Source of the DNA: a virus
Lineage: Duplodnaviria; Caudoviricetes
DNA: 47,769 nt
Reading direction: 5' to 3' (one strand)
IMG/VR virus record: IMGVR_UViG_3300031673_000090
Coordinates: 1-47,769 of that record
Shown here: one piece after another, positions 45,585 through 47,769 of the stretch
Layout: each line of letters starts with the position of its first letter
Position numbering within the stretch: position 1 is the stretch's first letter
Position numbers and translations under genes: made by a program
The notes under the pieces: generated by a model
What the model saw: the letters and a program-made list of their open reading frames with translations, nothing else
What the model was told of the DNA's origin: nothing
The model's database searches: none

Positions 45585-46507
45585 TTTTAACCAATACCTC
45601 TATGGAGGATAAAATTGGTGGGGTCCCAGTTCATTGTAAACTTCTGCAAAGAGTTTTTCCAGAAGCTATCCATTTAACTTGTTCAAAAGTTGGTGTGACT
45701 AAGGGTACTTTCGAAGAGATGTCTTATAATTTAGGGTACCTTGCGGAACACAAAGGATTGATTAAACCTGATGATATTGTTATAACTGATGGCTTTTGGG
45801 GTTGTGGGTTATCCAATCAAGATCGAGTCATTGTTGTTTGTCATGGAATTTTATCCGGAGATGTGGGCTTACAGCATCCCATATCCCAATATCAAAAAAA
45901 ACACATGGAAAGAAACCATGTTGTCTCAGTCAGTATAAACGCAGCACAAGAGTGTATTCGGGATTACCAATTTACTTGTGATACAGTCATTATGAACGGA
46001 ATTGATTTGGATATATTTTGTCCTCCTCAAGTTCCACCGGGAGCGTTTGTTCTTGGTACTATTGACCCCATGGGGAAATGCCGAATAACCAAATTCAATG
46101 GACTTATAGATCGGTTAAAGGCTGATTTTACTATTCAAAATGTTCAAGGAGATTGGCCATACGCAGTTGCTAAAGAATATCAAAAGTGTTCTGCATACCT
46201 CCATCTATCAAGATATGAAGGTTGCTCATACGCAGTAAATGAAGCCTTGGCGACGGGCCTTCCAATAATAGCAACGCCTACAGGTTTAATAGGGAATTAT
46301 CAAGCTTTCTTAAATGAATATAAGTTACCAATAGGTGAAATTTTAACCTCAGTAACTCCTACTTATGAAGAAGTAAAGGCCTCAGTTTTGAAGGTTCAAA
46401 GAGAGTACTCAACCTATAAACCCCTAGAGTGGTGCCAAAAATATTGTAACTTTCAGCTTTTCAAGAAAGAATGGACGAATTACATCGCTAATTTTATAAG
46501 CGTATAA
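45566..46507 (+). CDS. glycosyltransferase family 4 (GT-B)
   Basis: GGV, CHG, VSVS, IMNGID, SRYEGCSYAVNEALATGLPIIAT. Confidence 0.9.
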   Translation: MARRIIILTNTSMEDKIGGVPVHCKLLQRVFPEAIHLTCSKVGVTKGTFEEMSYNLGYLAEHKGLIKPDDIVITDGFWGCGLSNQDRVIVVCHGILSGDVGLQHPISQYQKKHMERNHVVSVSINAAQECIRDYQFTCDTVIMNGIDLDIFCPPQVPPGAFVLGTIDPMGKCRITKFNGLIDRLKADFTIQNVQGDWPYAVAKEYQKCSAYLHLSRYEGCSYAVNEALATGLPIIATPTGLIGNYQAFLNEYKLPIGEILTSVTPTYEEVKASVLKVQREYSTYKPLEWCQKYCNFQLFKKEWTNYIANFISV

Positions 46508-46515
46508 GGATAGGT

Positions 46516-47694
46516 ATGCAATATCATAGAGATAGAATTAGCCGAACAAATTCGAGGATTCAAGGTACTCAGATACATAAAAAAGTACCAATAAGTAGTC
46601 CTATAGTAGCACCCGAACTTAATTATGCCTATGTTCGAAAAGTTGGTAAGAAAAGTATTGTGCATGTTGTTTATCCAGCAATTTCAATTCCTCCAAAAAA
46701 TTATGGCGGGGTCGAAAAAGAAATATATCTTTTAGCTAAGGAACAAGCCAAAAGAGGATATGATGTGTACGTTTTTGCTCATCCAGAATCCGTGATTCCA
46801 GGGTGCAAGATAATTCCTTGTCCATCCTGCGGAAATACTATGGGTCAAATTCAAGCGGATATGGTGCTCAAGTTTATTCAACGGTGTAAACCGGATGTAA
46901 TTCATGACCATAGTCCCTGGGGACTGCTGGGTTCTCGTAACTGTCATTGTCCAGTTATCCGGGGTGTTTATGGAGATCCTTTTAAGCTCTATGTGGCAAC
47001 AGTTAGAAGTGATACTACAGTGGTATTTACTACTAAAGCTTTTGCAACATTTTATGGTTATCCAAATGCGCCAATCATTAGAATGGCCATTGATGAGAAC
47101 TTAAAAAATGTTCCCTTTTGTCCTGTTAGAAAAGCAACCTGGGCGCTATTTGTAGGAAAAATGGAAGAAATTAAGGGTCCACAAACTGCCATTGCCTGGG
47201 CAAAGAAAACCAATAGAACCTTAGTTATGTTGGGTCCAATTTTTAACCTGGCATTTTTTGATACACAAGTACGAACACATGTGGACTATTCCTGCAATAC
47301 CATTAAAAATGCTGTGGATCTGGCAAATGCCCTGCCCACGGGTAAGATAATCTATGGAGGTACTTTACGTCAGGTTGATTTTTGGGTGCCCTATCTTGCA
47401 GCAGGAGTTACTTTTGTTCCGAGTGAATGTGAAGAAGCTATGTCTATGGTGGTTCAGGAAGCAATGCTAACTGGATGCCCCGTTATTGCTACTAACAGAG
47501 GTGGGATATTTGAATCAATGGGAGAAGGAATTGGTGGAAGAGTGGTAAGTTCCACCGATGAAGTTGCCATGTATCTCGATACCCTCAACCATTGGTATCA
47601 GGCTAAGGAAGCTCGAGATCATATTCTCACTACACGCACACCTGAAGTTATGGTTGACAGCTGTGACGAGATCTACAGAAAGGTGATGAAATGA
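46516..47694 (+). CDS. glycosyltransferase family 4 (GT-B)
   Basis: PPKNYGGVEK, PDVIHDH, KGPQTAI, EEAMSMVVQEAMLTGCPVIATNRGG. Confidence 0.92.
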   Translation: MQYHRDRISRTNSRIQGTQIHKKVPISSPIVAPELNYAYVRKVGKKSIVHVVYPAISIPPKNYGGVEKEIYLLAKEQAKRGYDVYVFAHPESVIPGCKIIPCPSCGNTMGQIQADMVLKFIQRCKPDVIHDHSPWGLLGSRNCHCPVIRGVYGDPFKLYVATVRSDTTVVFTTKAFATFYGYPNAPIIRMAIDENLKNVPFCPVRKATWALFVGKMEEIKGPQTAIAWAKKTNRTLVMLGPIFNLAFFDTQVRTHVDYSCNTIKNAVDLANALPTGKIIYGGTLRQVDFWVPYLAAGVTFVPSECEEAMSMVVQEAMLTGCPVIATNRGGIFESMGEGIGGRVVSSTDEVAMYLDTLNHWYQAKEARDHILTTRTPEVMVDSCDEIYRKVMK

Positions 47695-47769
47695 AAATTT
47701 TGGTAGCCGGTCCGTACATTGGAGAACTCGGATTTGAATCGTGTAACTGGATGCCCCATCTTGCTGCAA
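47691..47769 (+). CDS. partial ORF (MKILVAGPYIGELGF...), probably next glycan-modifying gene
   Basis: ATGA overlap with previous stop; open to the window edge. Confidence 0.65.
   Translation, partial: MKILVAGPYIGELGFESCNWMPHLAA

Noticed and set aside
574-47769. Numerous minus-strand ORFs (e.g. 4002..4970, 14507..15109, 26442..27047, 28478..28984)
   Set aside because: They are Ser/Phe-rich antisense shadows of Glu/Lys-rich + strand genes, with no motifs or RBS
1-47769. Stop-codon reassignment, CRISPR array, DGR or intron/intein
   Set aside because: TAA, TAG and TGA all end genes at sensible boundaries with dense coding; no suppressor tRNA, repeat-spacer array, reverse transcriptase or intein motifs seen

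Overview
This window is part of a large T4-like tailed phage with a contractile tail; all credible genes lie on the + strand and use the standard genetic code. Gene order: an acidic head-associated protein; six tRNAs; a 1021-aa gp21-type prohead protease fused to extra modules and a scaffold-like coiled coil; a gp23-type major capsid protein; a gp13-like neck protein; a ~9 kb block (M42 aminopeptidase, HNH endonuclease, a decayed tRNA-Ala and eight mostly acidic proteins); gp14/gp15-like proteins; sheath, tube, tape measure, baseplate and fibre genes; and a glycosyl-/methyltransferase cluster that runs off the right edge. The most notable unannotated signal is a probable protease-addressed capsid cargo system. 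Eight consecutive genes begin with short leaders ending in hydrophobic-x-Glu, like the T4 capsid-targeting sequence and the capsid's own predicted RLFE|ATT maturation site. Three long proteins are strings of small unrelated modules joined by a recurring E-S-x-[VIL]-x-E linker, consistent with polyproteins cut inside the prohead. Also seen: a doubly frameshifted Vsr-like homing endonuclease, a 15-bp duplication of a tRNA 3' end flanking a small ORF, and several candidate structured RNAs. All family assignments come from motif recognition and gene order, not database searches.
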